Assembly (NCBI GenBank): GCA_963813815.1
Contig: CAWFAD010000007.1
Span: 192,001 to 256,000 of the forward strand
Source: an uncultured bacterium
GTDB lineage: Bacteria > Krumholzibacteriota > Krumholzibacteriia > Krumholzibacteriales > Krumholzibacteriaceae
Direction of reading: 5' to 3'
DNA: 64,000 nt
Position 1 is the first letter of the stretch; the number at the start of each line of letters is the position of its first letter. The notes beneath the pieces were generated by a model. It was not told where the DNA came from. It ran no database searches and saw nothing but the letters and a program-made list of their open reading frames with translations. Positions 9,487-19,297 of the stretch are shown here, piece after piece. The position numbers were made by a program, and so were the translations under genes.

Positions 9487-10484
9487 GCCCGCTTCAGTCG
9501 ATCGTCGTCATCGTCGTCACGGTGCTGATGGCCGCGTTCGCTTCGGGCTCGGAGACGGCGGTCGTCTCCTGCAGCAAGGTGCGGCTCAACGCGAAAGTCC
9601 GGGCGGGTTCGCGCCGGGCGCGCCTGCTCGAGGATCTCATCGGGTCGCCGGAGCGTTTCTTCGCCATCGTGCTCGTCGCGACGAACATCTCGGTGATCGC
9701 CTGCACCGCCGCGGCGACGGGCCTCGCCGTGACCTACTTCGGCGACCGGGGGGCCATGGTGGCGACGGCGGTCATGGTGCCCGTCTTTCTCATTTTCGGC
9801 GAGGTGATCCCGAAGGCGGTGTTTCTCTACCACGCGGACCGCGTGGCGATAGCGGTGGCCCCCGGACTGAAAGTCCTCGGCATTCTTCTCTGGCCGCTCG
9901 TGACCCCCTCCACGCTGCTCGTAAGGGGCCTCATGCGCGCCGCGGGCATGAGCTCGAGGCGGTTCAACATTCTCTCGACCCGCGAGGAGCTCGCGTTCCT
10001 GTATCGAACGGGCAAGACGGAGGGGGCCCTCGAGAGGCGGGAGGGGCTCATCATCGATCGCGTGTTCCGATTCGGCCAGGTCACGGTGCGGGATCTCATG
10101 GTGCCCATGGAACGGGTTGTTTCGTTCCCCGTGACGGCCTCGGTCGACGAGGTGATCGCGGAGGCGAACCAGCACACCTTTTCGCGATTTCCGATCGTCT
10201 CGTCCGGCGGCCGGCGCGTCGTGGGGATCGTGTCGCTCTTCGATCTCCTCGGGCTCGACGGCGGGGAGAAGCTCGACGCCGTCATGCACCGGCCGCTCTT
10301 CACCCGGGAGAACGAAACGGCCGAGCGCCTGCTCGTGCTCATGAAGGACGAGGCGATGCACATGGCGGTCGTCGCCGGCGACGGCGGGGAGGCGCGCGGC
10401 ATCGTGACGCTGGAGAACATCCTCGAGAGCATCGTGGGCGACATCTACAACGAATATCAGGACGCTTCGTTCGGCGAGCTGTAG
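9483..10484 (+). CDS. Second CNNM (DUF21)-CBS protein, lacking the CorC domain
   Basis: SGSETA, FGEVIPKA, FSRFPI, GIVTLENILESIVGDI. Confidence 0.85.
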   Translation: MSPLQSIVVIVVTVLMAAFASGSETAVVSCSKVRLNAKVRAGSRRARLLEDLIGSPERFFAIVLVATNISVIACTAAATGLAVTYFGDRGAMVATAVMVPVFLIFGEVIPKAVFLYHADRVAIAVAPGLKVLGILLWPLVTPSTLLVRGLMRAAGMSSRRFNILSTREELAFLYRTGKTEGALERREGLIIDRVFRFGQVTVRDLMVPMERVVSFPVTASVDEVIAEANQHTFSRFPIVSSGGRRVVGIVSLFDLLGLDGGEKLDAVMHRPLFTRENETAERLLVLMKDEAMHMAVVAGDGGEARGIVTLENILESIVGDIYNEYQDASFGEL

Positions 10485-10523
10485 CGCCGCGCCTCCGCGA
10501 GAGCGCGCGCGGGAAGGAATGCC

Positions 10524-11621
10524 ATGCAGGAGGGCGATGTGGGGAGCGCGCGCGCGGCGTACCCCCTGCCCGTGCCCCTCGGTCGAAGACGCATGGCGAT
10601 TCTCGCCGAGGGATGCTTCTCGCCGCTCGGGGCGAAGACGGCCGCGTGTCTCGTCCGGTACGTCCCGGGCGAGGTCGTCGCCGTCATCGATTCCACGCTC
10701 GCGCCTTCGACGGCCGAACGGGCGCTCGGTTTCGGAAGCGACATCCCGGTCGTCGCCTCGCTGGCGGAGGCGCTCGGGCGCGGGCCCGACACGCTCGTTC
10801 TCGGCGCCGCGCCGCGCGGCGGGCGGATGGCCCCCGGGGATCGAGACGCCGTCAAAGGGGCGATCCGAGCGGGGCTCCACGTGGCGAGCGGGATGCACGA
10901 GTTTCTCGCCGACGACGAAGAGCTCGCCGCCCTTGCGCGGCTCCGGGGAGTCGTTCTCTGGGACGCGCGGCGCCCCCCCGGGGGGCTCGGCGTATCCTCG
11001 GGCCTCGGCTGTCCCGGCTGTCCCGTCGTTCTCACGGTCGGATCGGACTGCAACACCGGCAAAATGACCGCCGCCATGGAGATACATCTCGGGCTCCTCC
11101 GCGCCGGGATCCGGTCGGGGTTCGCGGCGTCGGGGCAGACGGGAATCATGATTGTGGGGGCGGGCGTCGCCGTCGACCGGGTCGTCGCCGATTTCATCGG
11201 AGGAGCGGCCGAAAGGCTCGTCCGCGAGACCGCGCAGGGGAACGAGGTCGTGATCCTCGAGGGGCAGGGCTCCATTCTCCACCCGGGCTACGCGGGGGTC
11301 ACCGTCGGAATGATCGCGGGAGCCCTGCCGGACGCATACGTGCTCTGTCATCAGACCACGAGGACGGCGGTCCGCGGCTACGATGTTCCCATCCCGCCGC
11401 TCGGCGAGCTCGTCCGGCTGTACGAGGGCGCTGTCGCGGGGATGAGAAGGATTCGGGTCGTCGGCGTGGCGCTCAACACGTTCGATCTCGACGAGAATTC
11501 CGCCCGCTCGGCGGTGGAGAGCGCCTCCCGGGAAACGGGGCTCCCCGCCGCCGATCCCGTTCGTTTCGGCGCCGGGCCGCTCGTCGGAGCCGTGCGGGAA
11601 ATGCCGCGGCTCCGGCGGTGA
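10524..11621 (+). CDS. DUF1611-family protein (DgcN-like)
   Basis: KTA..LVRY, GMHEFL, LTVGSDCNTGKMT, SGQTGIMI, DFIGGAAE, EGQGSILHPGY. Confidence 0.85.
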   Translation: MQEGDVGSARAAYPLPVPLGRRRMAILAEGCFSPLGAKTAACLVRYVPGEVVAVIDSTLAPSTAERALGFGSDIPVVASLAEALGRGPDTLVLGAAPRGGRMAPGDRDAVKGAIRAGLHVASGMHEFLADDEELAALARLRGVVLWDARRPPGGLGVSSGLGCPGCPVVLTVGSDCNTGKMTAAMEIHLGLLRAGIRSGFAASGQTGIMIVGAGVAVDRVVADFIGGAAERLVRETAQGNEVVILEGQGSILHPGYAGVTVGMIAGALPDAYVLCHQTTRTAVRGYDVPIPPLGELVRLYEGAVAGMRRIRVVGVALNTFDLDENSARSAVESASRETGLPAADPVRFGAGPLVGAVREMPRLRR

Positions 11622-11657
11622 AGGCATTCGCTCGCCGCCGCCCGCCTCGAAGATCCG

Positions 11658-12665
11658 CTAGAGCCGATGGGGATTTCGCTCGTCCTTGCAGATCCTGAAG
11701 AAATTGCAGAAGCGGCAGAGCCCGCTTTCGATCGCGGGGAAGTGTCGCGGCGCGAGCGCCTCGTTCCGCGCGGTGTCGCCCCCCTCGAGCACGGCAATGA
11801 GCTTTGCGATGCCTCCCGCGATGCGGCGCTCGGCCGCCGCGATCGTCTCGCTGTTCGCGGCGTGCGCCGTCGCCGCGCCGCGCTCGAGGAGTCGCACCTC
11901 GTAGAGACGCACCGATTCGACCGGCACGCCGAGCACGCGCGAAGCGTAGTATCCGTAGACGCCGAGCTGCGCGGCCGCGTCGCGCCCCTCATCCGACGAG
12001 GAGTCGGGAGCCGTTTCGACGGGCTTCGTCGTCTTCCAGTCGACGATGCAGAGCTCTCCGGCGGCGCCGCGGAACATGAAATCGGTCTTCACGTACACCG
12101 TGGCGCCGTCGAATTCGAAGGTCTGGGCGAACTCCGCGGCGTCGAGGTTCTCGATCTCCCATCCGCCGCGATCCGTCGCTAGTATCTCCCGCAGCATCGG
12201 GCTTTCGAGGAGCCCTTCGATCGCCGAGACGCACTCGGTCCTCGTCCGGCCGAGCGCCGCGTCCGACGGGGGACGCCCGTACTCGTGGTCGAAGAGGGCG
12301 AGCCAGTCGATGTTGAGCAGGTTGCCGGTCTTTTTCGGCGTGGAGAGATACTGCTTCCCGCTCGAGAAACGCAGCTGCGCGTCGAATCGCTCGAGAGCGT
12401 ATCGGGTGACCGCGTCCCGCTCGGGGATGCGCCCCTTGGCCCGCATCGACCGGAGAACGAGGGACGCGACGTAATGCACGAGCTGCCCGCGCCAGAGCGG
12501 GAGGGAGACGAGACGTTTCAGGAGGAAGGCCTCGCGCACGAGCGCGGGAGCTCCCGCGCGCCATCCTCCCCAGCTGAGGTAGTAGTGGAAGTAATACCTG
12601 CGCGCGCAGGCGTCGAACGCCGCTTCGCGTGAGAGCGACCAGCCGAAGCGGTTCGCGAATCCCAT
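11658..12665 (-). CDS. PD-(D/E)XK nuclease family protein (RecB/Cas4-like) with a probable Fe-S staple
   Basis: FDAC.RRYY; KTDF...IVDWKT...QLGVY; C-terminal CRFCNFFRIC. Confidence 0.8.
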   Translation of the reverse strand: MGFANRFGWSLSREAAFDACARRYYFHYYLSWGGWRAGAPALVREAFLLKRLVSLPLWRGQLVHYVASLVLRSMRAKGRIPERDAVTRYALERFDAQLRFSSGKQYLSTPKKTGNLLNIDWLALFDHEYGRPPSDAALGRTRTECVSAIEGLLESPMLREILATDRGGWEIENLDAAEFAQTFEFDGATVYVKTDFMFRGAAGELCIVDWKTTKPVETAPDSSSDEGRDAAAQLGVYGYYASRVLGVPVESVRLYEVRLLERGAATAHAANSETIAAAERRIAGGIAKLIAVLEGGDTARNEALAPRHFPAIESGLCRFCNFFRICKDERNPHRL

Positions 12666-12677
12666 GCGACCGGGGCC

Positions 12678-13259
12678 TCAGGCCTTTCTCGCGGTTTTCC
12701 CGCGTCCTCGCCGAGCGCGGGCGCCGGCCCGTTTCGTGCGGGCGGGTTTCGCGCGGCGCTTCCGGCCGGGCCGCGCGGCCTTCACCGCGGCGTGTCTCGT
12801 CCTCTTGTCGAAAATGCCGCGATGCACGCGGTTCTCGAGCTTGAAGGTTTCGAACTCGTAGTCGAACTTCATGCTCTTCTTGCCGCGAAGGGCCACCGCC
12901 TTGTCGGTGTACATGTAGAGGTGGTGCTTCGCGGAGGTGCGCTGCTGGGCGAACCGCGCGAGCTCTTCGCGCTCGAAGAGATAGACGCGAAGCGTGCTGA
13001 GATCGACGCACGCGATGACGTCGGCCTCCGTCTTGACGGGCACCCACCAATCGAGCGCCTCCTTGCCCTTTCCGCCCGCGCGTTTCGGCTGCAGGTTGGA
13101 GACGACGAAGAGGTAGAATTCGCGGCGCGGCTTCTTGAGCCTGACGACGAGGTCGATGCCTTCCTTTCCGGCGGCGGTCGGCAGTCCCTCGCGGATCAGC
13201 ATCGACTGCACGAAGTATTTTCCGCTGAGACCTATCATGTTCTTCGGAATCTCTTTCAT
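12678..13259 (-). CDS. Hypothetical protein, possibly a degenerate restriction-endonuclease fold, with a basic tail
   Basis: ATGA overlap with the acpS stop; G..GK..V...L...G...GIDLVV pattern; Lys/Arg-rich C-terminus. Confidence 0.6.
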   Translation of the reverse strand: MKEIPKNMIGLSGKYFVQSMLIREGLPTAAGKEGIDLVVRLKKPRREFYLFVVSNLQPKRAGGKGKEALDWWVPVKTEADVIACVDLSTLRVYLFEREELARFAQQRTSAKHHLYMYTDKAVALRGKKSMKFDYEFETFKLENRVHRGIFDKRTRHAAVKAARPGRKRRAKPARTKRAGARARRGRGKTARKA

Positions 13260-13672
13260 GAGGAGGCTCCTTTCCCTCGCTCCGGCGCGCCGGAGACGGT
13301 TTCGAGAATCACGATCGCTTGAGCGTTGTCGCCGTCGTGCGCGAGGCTGAGGTGGCATCGCGCCACGCCGTTCGCCTTCAGCATCTCCCCGAGCCGGCTC
13401 GAGAACTCGAGCTCGGGCTTTCCCCGCTCTCCGGTTCTCACCGTGATGTCGCGGAGATTGACGCCGGGAACGAATCCCGTTCCGAAGGCCTTGACGAAGG
13501 CCTCGCGGGCGGCGAAGCGAGCCGCGAGAAAGACCGCGCGGCGTCCCCGCCGCGCGCTCTCCCCGATCTCGCCGGCGGAGAAGACTCTCCGGAGAAACCG
13601 TTCTCCCCGCATCGCGATGATTCTTTCGAATCGCGCGATCGATACCGTATCTATGCCCGTTCCGAATATCAT
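13256..13672 (-). CDS. acpS: Holo-[acyl-carrier-protein] synthase
   Basis: MIFGTGIDTV, LAARFAAREAFVKAFGTG, GKP, HLSLAHD. Confidence 0.93.
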   Translation of the reverse strand: MIFGTGIDTVSIARFERIIAMRGERFLRRVFSAGEIGESARRGRRAVFLAARFAAREAFVKAFGTGFVPGVNLRDITVRTGERGKPELEFSSRLGEMLKANGVARCHLSLAHDGDNAQAIVILETVSGAPERGKGASS

Positions 13673-13871
13673 GACGGACGGAGCACGGATCCGCGGCGGT
13701 TGAGGGGGGACGCGATCGCTGCGCTCGTTGGCATCATAATGTATTTATACACCAGATTGTAATCATTATGCCATGGAATTATTACGGGCGAGTCGCCGGA
13801 AGTTCCATTCATTGAGATATTACGGGGTAGCCCGGCGGTAACGGCGCGGCGCCGCCGCCGGGCGAACCCCC

Positions 13872-15239
13872 TCAGCGCGCGATCGTTCCCATCGCCCGGG
13901 CGCGATCCGCCCGCGCGACGAGGTAATCGATTTTCGCTCCGGCGAGCGCCGTTTCGGCCTGCGCGAGCAGCGTCTGGGCGTCGAGAAGCTCGGTGTTCGT
14001 CGAGAGCCCCTCCTTGAGGCGCTCGTTCGTCACGCGGAAATTCTCCCGTGCCGCCTCGATCGCCTCGCGCGAGACGTCTATCTCGCTCCACGCCTCGCCG
14101 CAGGCGAGGTGGGCGCGCGTGACCTCGAGCTCGACGGCGTCCTCGAGCGCCGTTCGGGCGTGTCCGATCTGCTCGAGACGGCTTCGCGCTTGGCGCGTTC
14201 TGTGGACGGCGCGTCCCCAGTCGAACACGTTCATCCGCGCCGCGACTCCTATCGACCAGGTCGAGTAGAACTCCGGTTCGTACTCGCGATCCGGATTGCG
14301 CCACGAGAGATCGGCGAAGAGGGAGAGGTCGGGGAGGTAGCCGTTGCGATGAACCCGTATCTCCCCCTCGGCGATGCGCCGGCGGCATTCGATCTCGCGC
14401 AGCTCCGGGCGCCCCGAGAGGGCGGCCCGGACCGCCGCGTCGAGATCGATCGTGTCCGGGGAGACGGTGTCGGCCCGGGAGAGGAGGAGAAGACCGGTTC
14501 CGAACGGCAGGTCGATGAGGGAGCAGAGGCGGTCCCCGGCGAGGCGCGCGGCGTTGCGGGCGCGGAGCAGCGCGATTCTCGATTCGGCATGGTAGACCTT
14601 CGTCTTGAGAACGTCGTTTCGCGCCGCGAGGCCGGCCACCCGCATCCCTTCGACGTCGGCGAGCTGAGCCTCGATCCGCCGCAGGGCCGTCTCGGCGAGA
14701 CGAGTGCGCTCCTCGGCCTGCACGCACGCGAGGTACGCGCGCGTCGCCTCGAAGACGACGTCGTGCGAGGCCCCCTCGAGCTCCGCCTCGGCGGCGTCCG
14801 CCGCGAAGCGGGCTCCGTCGTACCCGTTTCTGATCCTCCCGCCCGCGAAGAGCGGCTGCTCGATTCTGAGGGAGGCCGAATAGTTGTCCCTGCGGCCGAT
14901 CTCGATCTTGTCCGGAAGGGCGCCCGGGGGGAGCGAGCCGCCCGTCATCTGGCCGATGATCGCGGCCGGCAGATAGGGAGCGACGTCGAGCCGCGTGTAC
15001 GCCGCGCTTCCGGCGATCTGCGGGAAAAAGGCGGTTCGCATCTCGCTCGCCCTGCCGCCGGCCTCGCTCGCCCGCTCGCGGGCCGCGAGCAGCAGCGGGC
15101 CGCGGGCGACGGCGAGCCGGACGCACTCCTCGAGGGATAGCGGCACCGGGGCGCTCTCCGCGGCGCCGCCCGGAGCGGAGGAGAGCGGGGTCGTTCCGAA
15201 CGCGAGAACGGCGATGAACGCGCCGAGCAATCGTCTCAT
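13872..15239 (-). CDS. TolC-family outer membrane efflux protein
   Basis: Signal peptide; LSLEECVRLA, QPLFAGG, two OEP repeats, GLSTNTELLDAQ. Confidence 0.9.
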   Translation of the reverse strand: MRRLLGAFIAVLAFGTTPLSSAPGGAAESAPVPLSLEECVRLAVARGPLLLAARERASEAGGRASEMRTAFFPQIAGSAAYTRLDVAPYLPAAIIGQMTGGSLPPGALPDKIEIGRRDNYSASLRIEQPLFAGGRIRNGYDGARFAADAAEAELEGASHDVVFEATRAYLACVQAEERTRLAETALRRIEAQLADVEGMRVAGLAARNDVLKTKVYHAESRIALLRARNAARLAGDRLCSLIDLPFGTGLLLLSRADTVSPDTIDLDAAVRAALSGRPELREIECRRRIAEGEIRVHRNGYLPDLSLFADLSWRNPDREYEPEFYSTWSIGVAARMNVFDWGRAVHRTRQARSRLEQIGHARTALEDAVELEVTRAHLACGEAWSEIDVSREAIEAARENFRVTNERLKEGLSTNTELLDAQTLLAQAETALAGAKIDYLVARADRARAMGTIAR

Positions 15240-15422
15240 GGATCGTTCCTTCCTTTCCTGCGGTCAAAACGGGCGGATGGAACCCCGCGCGGAAGCGGGC
15301 GCTCGATGACAGTTTAATATTGATTTCGCCGCTTGAATATAGTAGCTTTTGCCGGATTTTTCCGGTTGGCGCGAACGCGGCGAGGCCGGCCGCGGAGCCG
15401 TTCGAAACGTCGAGGGTGGGCA

Positions 15423-16004
15423 ATGAAATCTCTCGTTCTCATCATCGTGAGCGCGGTGTTCGTCAACAACTTCGTTCTCAACCGGTTCCTCGGCATCTGT
15501 CCCTTTCTCGGCGTCTCGAAACGGGTCAACACCGCGCTCGGCATGAGCGCCGCCGTCGTTTTCGTCATGACGATGGCCTCCGCCGCCACCTGGCTCGCCT
15601 ACGAGTACCTGCTCGTGCCCTTCGATCTCGTTTACCTCCAGACCGTCACTTTCATCCTCGTCATCGCGGCGCTCGTGCAGGTCGTCGAGACGGTGCTGCT
15701 CAAGTTCAGCCCGGCCCTCTACAAGGCGCTCGGAATCTACCTGCCGCTCATCACCACGAACTGCGCGGTGCTCGGCGTCGCGGTGCTCAATATCCAGAAG
15801 GAATACAACCTACTCGAGACGACGGTATTCGGGTTCGGGGCGGCGGTCGGATTCGGATTCGCCATGCTCATCTTTTCGGGCATACGCGAGCGGATCGAGC
15901 TGTGCGACACGCCGGTGCCGTTCAAGGGAACGGCGATCGGCCTCGTGACGGCGGGGCTTCTGGCTCTCGCCTTCTGGGGATTCACCGGGCTCGTGAAGAT
16001 TTGA
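15423..16004 (+). CDS. rnfA: Rnf complex subunit A
   Basis: NNFVLNRFLGICPFLGVSK, GIYLPLITTNCAVLG. Confidence 0.95.
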   Translation: MKSLVLIIVSAVFVNNFVLNRFLGICPFLGVSKRVNTALGMSAAVVFVMTMASAATWLAYEYLLVPFDLVYLQTVTFILVIAALVQVVETVLLKFSPALYKALGIYLPLITTNCAVLGVAVLNIQKEYNLLETTVFGFGAAVGFGFAMLIFSGIRERIELCDTPVPFKGTAIGLVTAGLLALAFWGFTGLVKI

Positions 16005-16020
16005 ACGGAGTGGTCGTCCC

Positions 16021-16863
16021 ATGATAACGGCCGTCATCGCTCTCTCCGCCCTCGCGCTCGTGTGCAGCTTCGTGCTCGCGCTCGTGGCCCGTGCTTTCGC
16101 GGTGCCCGTGAACCCCAAAGTCGAGGAGATCGAGGGGGCGCTCCCCGGGGCGAACTGCGGCGGCTGCGGCCTGCCGGGCTGCTCTGAGCTCGCGCGGCGG
16201 ATCGCCGAGGGGAAGGCGGACATCGACGCCTGCCCGGTCGGGGGCGAAAGCGTCGCGCGAAGCATCTCGCGCATCATGGGCGTCGCGTTCGCCGGAGGCG
16301 GCGCGCGGAAGGTCGCGCTCGTTCTCTGCGCCGGAGACGACGAAACCGCCCGCAGGCGGTTCCACTACAACGGAATCAAGGATTGCGTCTCCGCGGCGAT
16401 TCTTTTCGGTGGGGACAAGGCGTGCGGGTACGGCTGCCTCGGCCTCGGCACGTGCGCCGGGTTGTGCCCCTTCGGGGCGATCGAGATGTCGCCGCTCGGG
16501 CTTCCCGTCGTCGATCCGGCGAAGTGCACCTCGTGCAACAAGTGCGTGGTCGCGTGCCCCAAGAAGATCATACGCCTCGTGCCCGCCGACCGGCGGGTGC
16601 ACATCCTCTGCTCGTCGCACGACAAGGGTGGAAAGGTCCGCAAGGTCTGCGGCATAGGCTGCATCGCGTGCACGAAGTGCGTCAAGGAGGCCCCCGAGGG
16701 GGCGATCGTCATGCAGGACAACCTCGCGGTCGCGACCTACGCAGCGGAGATTCCGGAGTCGGCCGCGGCCTCGTGCCCGATGAGGACGATACGCGTGTTC
16801 GAGGAGGGAGGCTGCGGCTCCTCCTGCGTGGAGGCTCGCGCGGCGGAAGGGGAGGCGTCGTGA
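16021..16863 (+). CDS. rnfB: Rnf complex subunit B (Fe-S)
   Basis: LPGANCGGCGLPGC, CPVGG, several CxxCxxCxxxCP. Confidence 0.93.
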   Translation: MITAVIALSALALVCSFVLALVARAFAVPVNPKVEEIEGALPGANCGGCGLPGCSELARRIAEGKADIDACPVGGESVARSISRIMGVAFAGGGARKVALVLCAGDDETARRRFHYNGIKDCVSAAILFGGDKACGYGCLGLGTCAGLCPFGAIEMSPLGLPVVDPAKCTSCNKCVVACPKKIIRLVPADRRVHILCSSHDKGGKVRKVCGIGCIACTKCVKEAPEGAIVMQDNLAVATYAAEIPESAAASCPMRTIRVFEEGGCGSSCVEARAAEGEAS

Positions 16864-18182
16864 GAGGCGGAAGGTTTTTCGGCGGGATTCATCCCCGGTA
16901 CGATAAGGAGCTCGCGAGCGGGCGGGCGGTGGAGTCGATGCCCCTTCCCGAGCGCCTCGTCGTTCCGCTCGCCCAAAATCTCGGCGCGGCCCCGAAACCC
17001 CTCGTGAAAAAGGGGGACGCGGTGAAACGGGGGCAGGTCATCGCCGAGCCGCAGGGCTTCGTTTCCGTGCCGCTCCACGCTCCGACCTCGGGGGTCGTGC
17101 AGGCGATAGACGTGTTTCCGCATCCCGTGGGGGCCGATCTGCCCGCCGTCGTGATCGTTCCGGACGGCAAGGACGAATGGGCCCCCGATCTCGACCGGGA
17201 GCGCTCCGCCGACGGTCTGGACGCGGGAGCGATTCGCGACATCGTGCGGGATGCGGGCATCGTCGGCATGGGGGGCGCCGCGTTTCCCACGCACGTGAAG
17301 CTCTCGCCGCCCCAAGATAAACCGATCGACCTTTTGATACTGAACGGCGCCGAATGCGAGCCGTACCTCACGGCCGATCACCGGCTCATGCTCGAGAAAC
17401 CCGCGGAGATTCTCGAGGGAGCGTCGTTTCTCGCTCGTGTGCTCGGCGTCTCCCGCGTGGTCGTCGCCGTCGAGAAGAACAAGCCCGACGCGATCGCGGC
17501 CCTCCGTCCGGAGGCCGAGGCGCGCGGCTACTCGGTTCGCGCGCTCGACGTGGTCTATCCGCAGGGCGCCGAGCGGCAGCTCGTCTTCGCGCTCACCGGC
17601 AGGCGCGTGCCCGCCGGCGGGCTCCCGATGGACGTCGGCGCGCTCGTGCAGAACGTCGGAACGTCGTTCGCCGCGTTCGAGGCGGTCCGGTTGAATCGGC
17701 CGCTCACCGAGCGGGTCGTGTGCGTGACGGGGCGCGGTGTGGCGGAGCCGAAGAACCTCCGTCTCAGAATCGGGACCACCTTCGGCGACGCGATCGCCTG
17801 CTGCGGCGGGCTCCGCGAGGACGCGGGCAAGGTAATCGGCGGCGGCCCGATGATGGGAGTGGCGCAGTATTCGCTCGAGGCGCCCGTGACGAAGGGTACG
17901 AGCGGCATCGTCGTGCTCGCGAAGCGCGAAGCGGTCCAATACGCGGGCGATCCCTGCATTCGCTGCGGGCGTTGTCTGCGGGCGTGCCCCATGCTGCTGA
18001 ATCCGTCCGTGCTCAGCGTCTACGCCGAGCGTCTGCGCTTCGACGAGACGGCGGGGCTCGGCGTTCTCGATTGCATCGAGTGCGGATGCTGCGCGTACGT
18101 GTGTCCGTCCCGCCGGCCGATGGTGCACCATTTCCGTCGGGCGAAGGCGGAGATCAGGAAGAAGAAGGCACAGGCGGTCTGA
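16860..18182 (+). CDS. rnfC: Rnf complex subunit C
   Basis: GTG overlapping the rnfB stop; GGIHP, GIVGMGGAAFPTHVK, NGAECEPYLTAD, CIRCGRC, CIECGCC. Confidence 0.95.
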   Translation: MRGGRFFGGIHPRYDKELASGRAVESMPLPERLVVPLAQNLGAAPKPLVKKGDAVKRGQVIAEPQGFVSVPLHAPTSGVVQAIDVFPHPVGADLPAVVIVPDGKDEWAPDLDRERSADGLDAGAIRDIVRDAGIVGMGGAAFPTHVKLSPPQDKPIDLLILNGAECEPYLTADHRLMLEKPAEILEGASFLARVLGVSRVVVAVEKNKPDAIAALRPEAEARGYSVRALDVVYPQGAERQLVFALTGRRVPAGGLPMDVGALVQNVGTSFAAFEAVRLNRPLTERVVCVTGRGVAEPKNLRLRIGTTFGDAIACCGGLREDAGKVIGGGPMMGVAQYSLEAPVTKGTSGIVVLAKREAVQYAGDPCIRCGRCLRACPMLLNPSVLSVYAERLRFDETAGLGVLDCIECGCCAYVCPSRRPMVHHFRRAKAEIRKKKAQAV

Positions 18183-18221
18183 CGGGCGGCCGCTGGCCGC
18201 CGCTCGCGACGGGAGATATTC

Positions 18222-19280
18222 GTGGAAGAAGATACAACGGGCAAGGAACCGAAGCCGGCGGAGCCGAAAGCGGGAGCCCCCGAGCCTCTCGCGCGTTTTC
18301 TCGTGAGCTCTTCGCCCCACGTGCACGAGGGGAGCCGGGTCCGGAACATCATGATGCTCGTCATCGCGGCGCTGCTTCCCGCGAGCGTTTTTTCGGTGTA
18401 CGTGTTCGGGCTGCCGGCCCTCGTCACCATGCTCGTCTCCGTCGCCTCGGCCGTCGGATTCGAGTGGCTCTGGCAGAAAGCGGTTCGCAAACCCGTGACG
18501 GCGGGGGACGGAAGCGCCGTGCTCACGGGGTTGCTGCTCGCCCTCAACCTTCCCGCCACGAGCCCGTGGTGGATGATTCTCATCGGCAACCTCTTCGCCG
18601 TCGTCGTCGCGAAGCAGTTCTACGGCGGCATCGGATACAACATTTTCAATCCCGCCCTCGTCGGCCGCGTCGTGCTGCTCATCGCTTTCCCCGTGCACAT
18701 GACCGCGCGCTGGATCGCGCCGTCGGCGTGGGGGATGGACGCCGTGACGACGGCGACGCCGCTCGGACGAGCGCGGGAAGCGCTCCTTTCGACGGGGCGC
18801 ATCGACGTCGCCTTCACGCGGCAGGATGTGCTCGATCTCCTCATCGGCAACCGGGCCGGATCGCTCGGCGAGGTGTCGGTCGTGCTGCTCCTCATCGGCG
18901 GGATATTCCTCGTCGCCAAGCGGATCATCACCTGGCACGCCCCCGTCGCTTTTATCGCGAGCGTCTGGGCGATGGCGGGGGTCTTTCATCTCGCCGATCC
19001 CGCGCGGTACGCCGATCCGACGTTTCACGTGATGACGGGAGGCCTGTTCCTCGGAGCCATTTTCATGGCGACCGATTACGTGACGACCCCGCTCACGGCG
19101 GCCGGCAAGCTCGTGTTCGGCGTCGGCTGCGGCGTCATCACCGTGGTGATCCGGCTCTTCGGCGCGTACCCGGAGGGCGTGAGCTTCGCAATACTCCTCA
19201 TGAACGCCTTCACACCGCTCATCGACCGGGCGTTCAAACCGGCCGTGTTCGGTGCGCGCAAGGCGAAGGCCGCCGCGTAG
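18222..19280 (+). CDS. rnfD: Rnf complex subunit D
   Basis: SSPH, FNPAL, FMN site DAVTTATPL, FMATD, YPEGVSFAILLMN. Confidence 0.95.
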   Translation: MEEDTTGKEPKPAEPKAGAPEPLARFLVSSSPHVHEGSRVRNIMMLVIAALLPASVFSVYVFGLPALVTMLVSVASAVGFEWLWQKAVRKPVTAGDGSAVLTGLLLALNLPATSPWWMILIGNLFAVVVAKQFYGGIGYNIFNPALVGRVVLLIAFPVHMTARWIAPSAWGMDAVTTATPLGRAREALLSTGRIDVAFTRQDVLDLLIGNRAGSLGEVSVVLLLIGGIFLVAKRIITWHAPVAFIASVWAMAGVFHLADPARYADPTFHVMTGGLFLGAIFMATDYVTTPLTAAGKLVFGVGCGVITVVIRLFGAYPEGVSFAILLMNAFTPLIDRAFKPAVFGARKAKAAA

Positions 19281-19297
19281 CGGCGGGGAAGGACGCG

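Noticed and set aside
8154..11627. 1157-aa minus-strand ORF and many other long overlapping ORFs (e.g. 45132-47816, 52958-55498, 50920-53178)
   Set aside because: Shadow ORFs opposite or overlapping well-supported genes; expected at this GC content, Arg/Pro-rich and without motifs.
11658..12665. Cas4-like nuclease as evidence for a CRISPR-Cas locus
   Set aside because: No repeat-spacer array and no other cas genes seen in the window.
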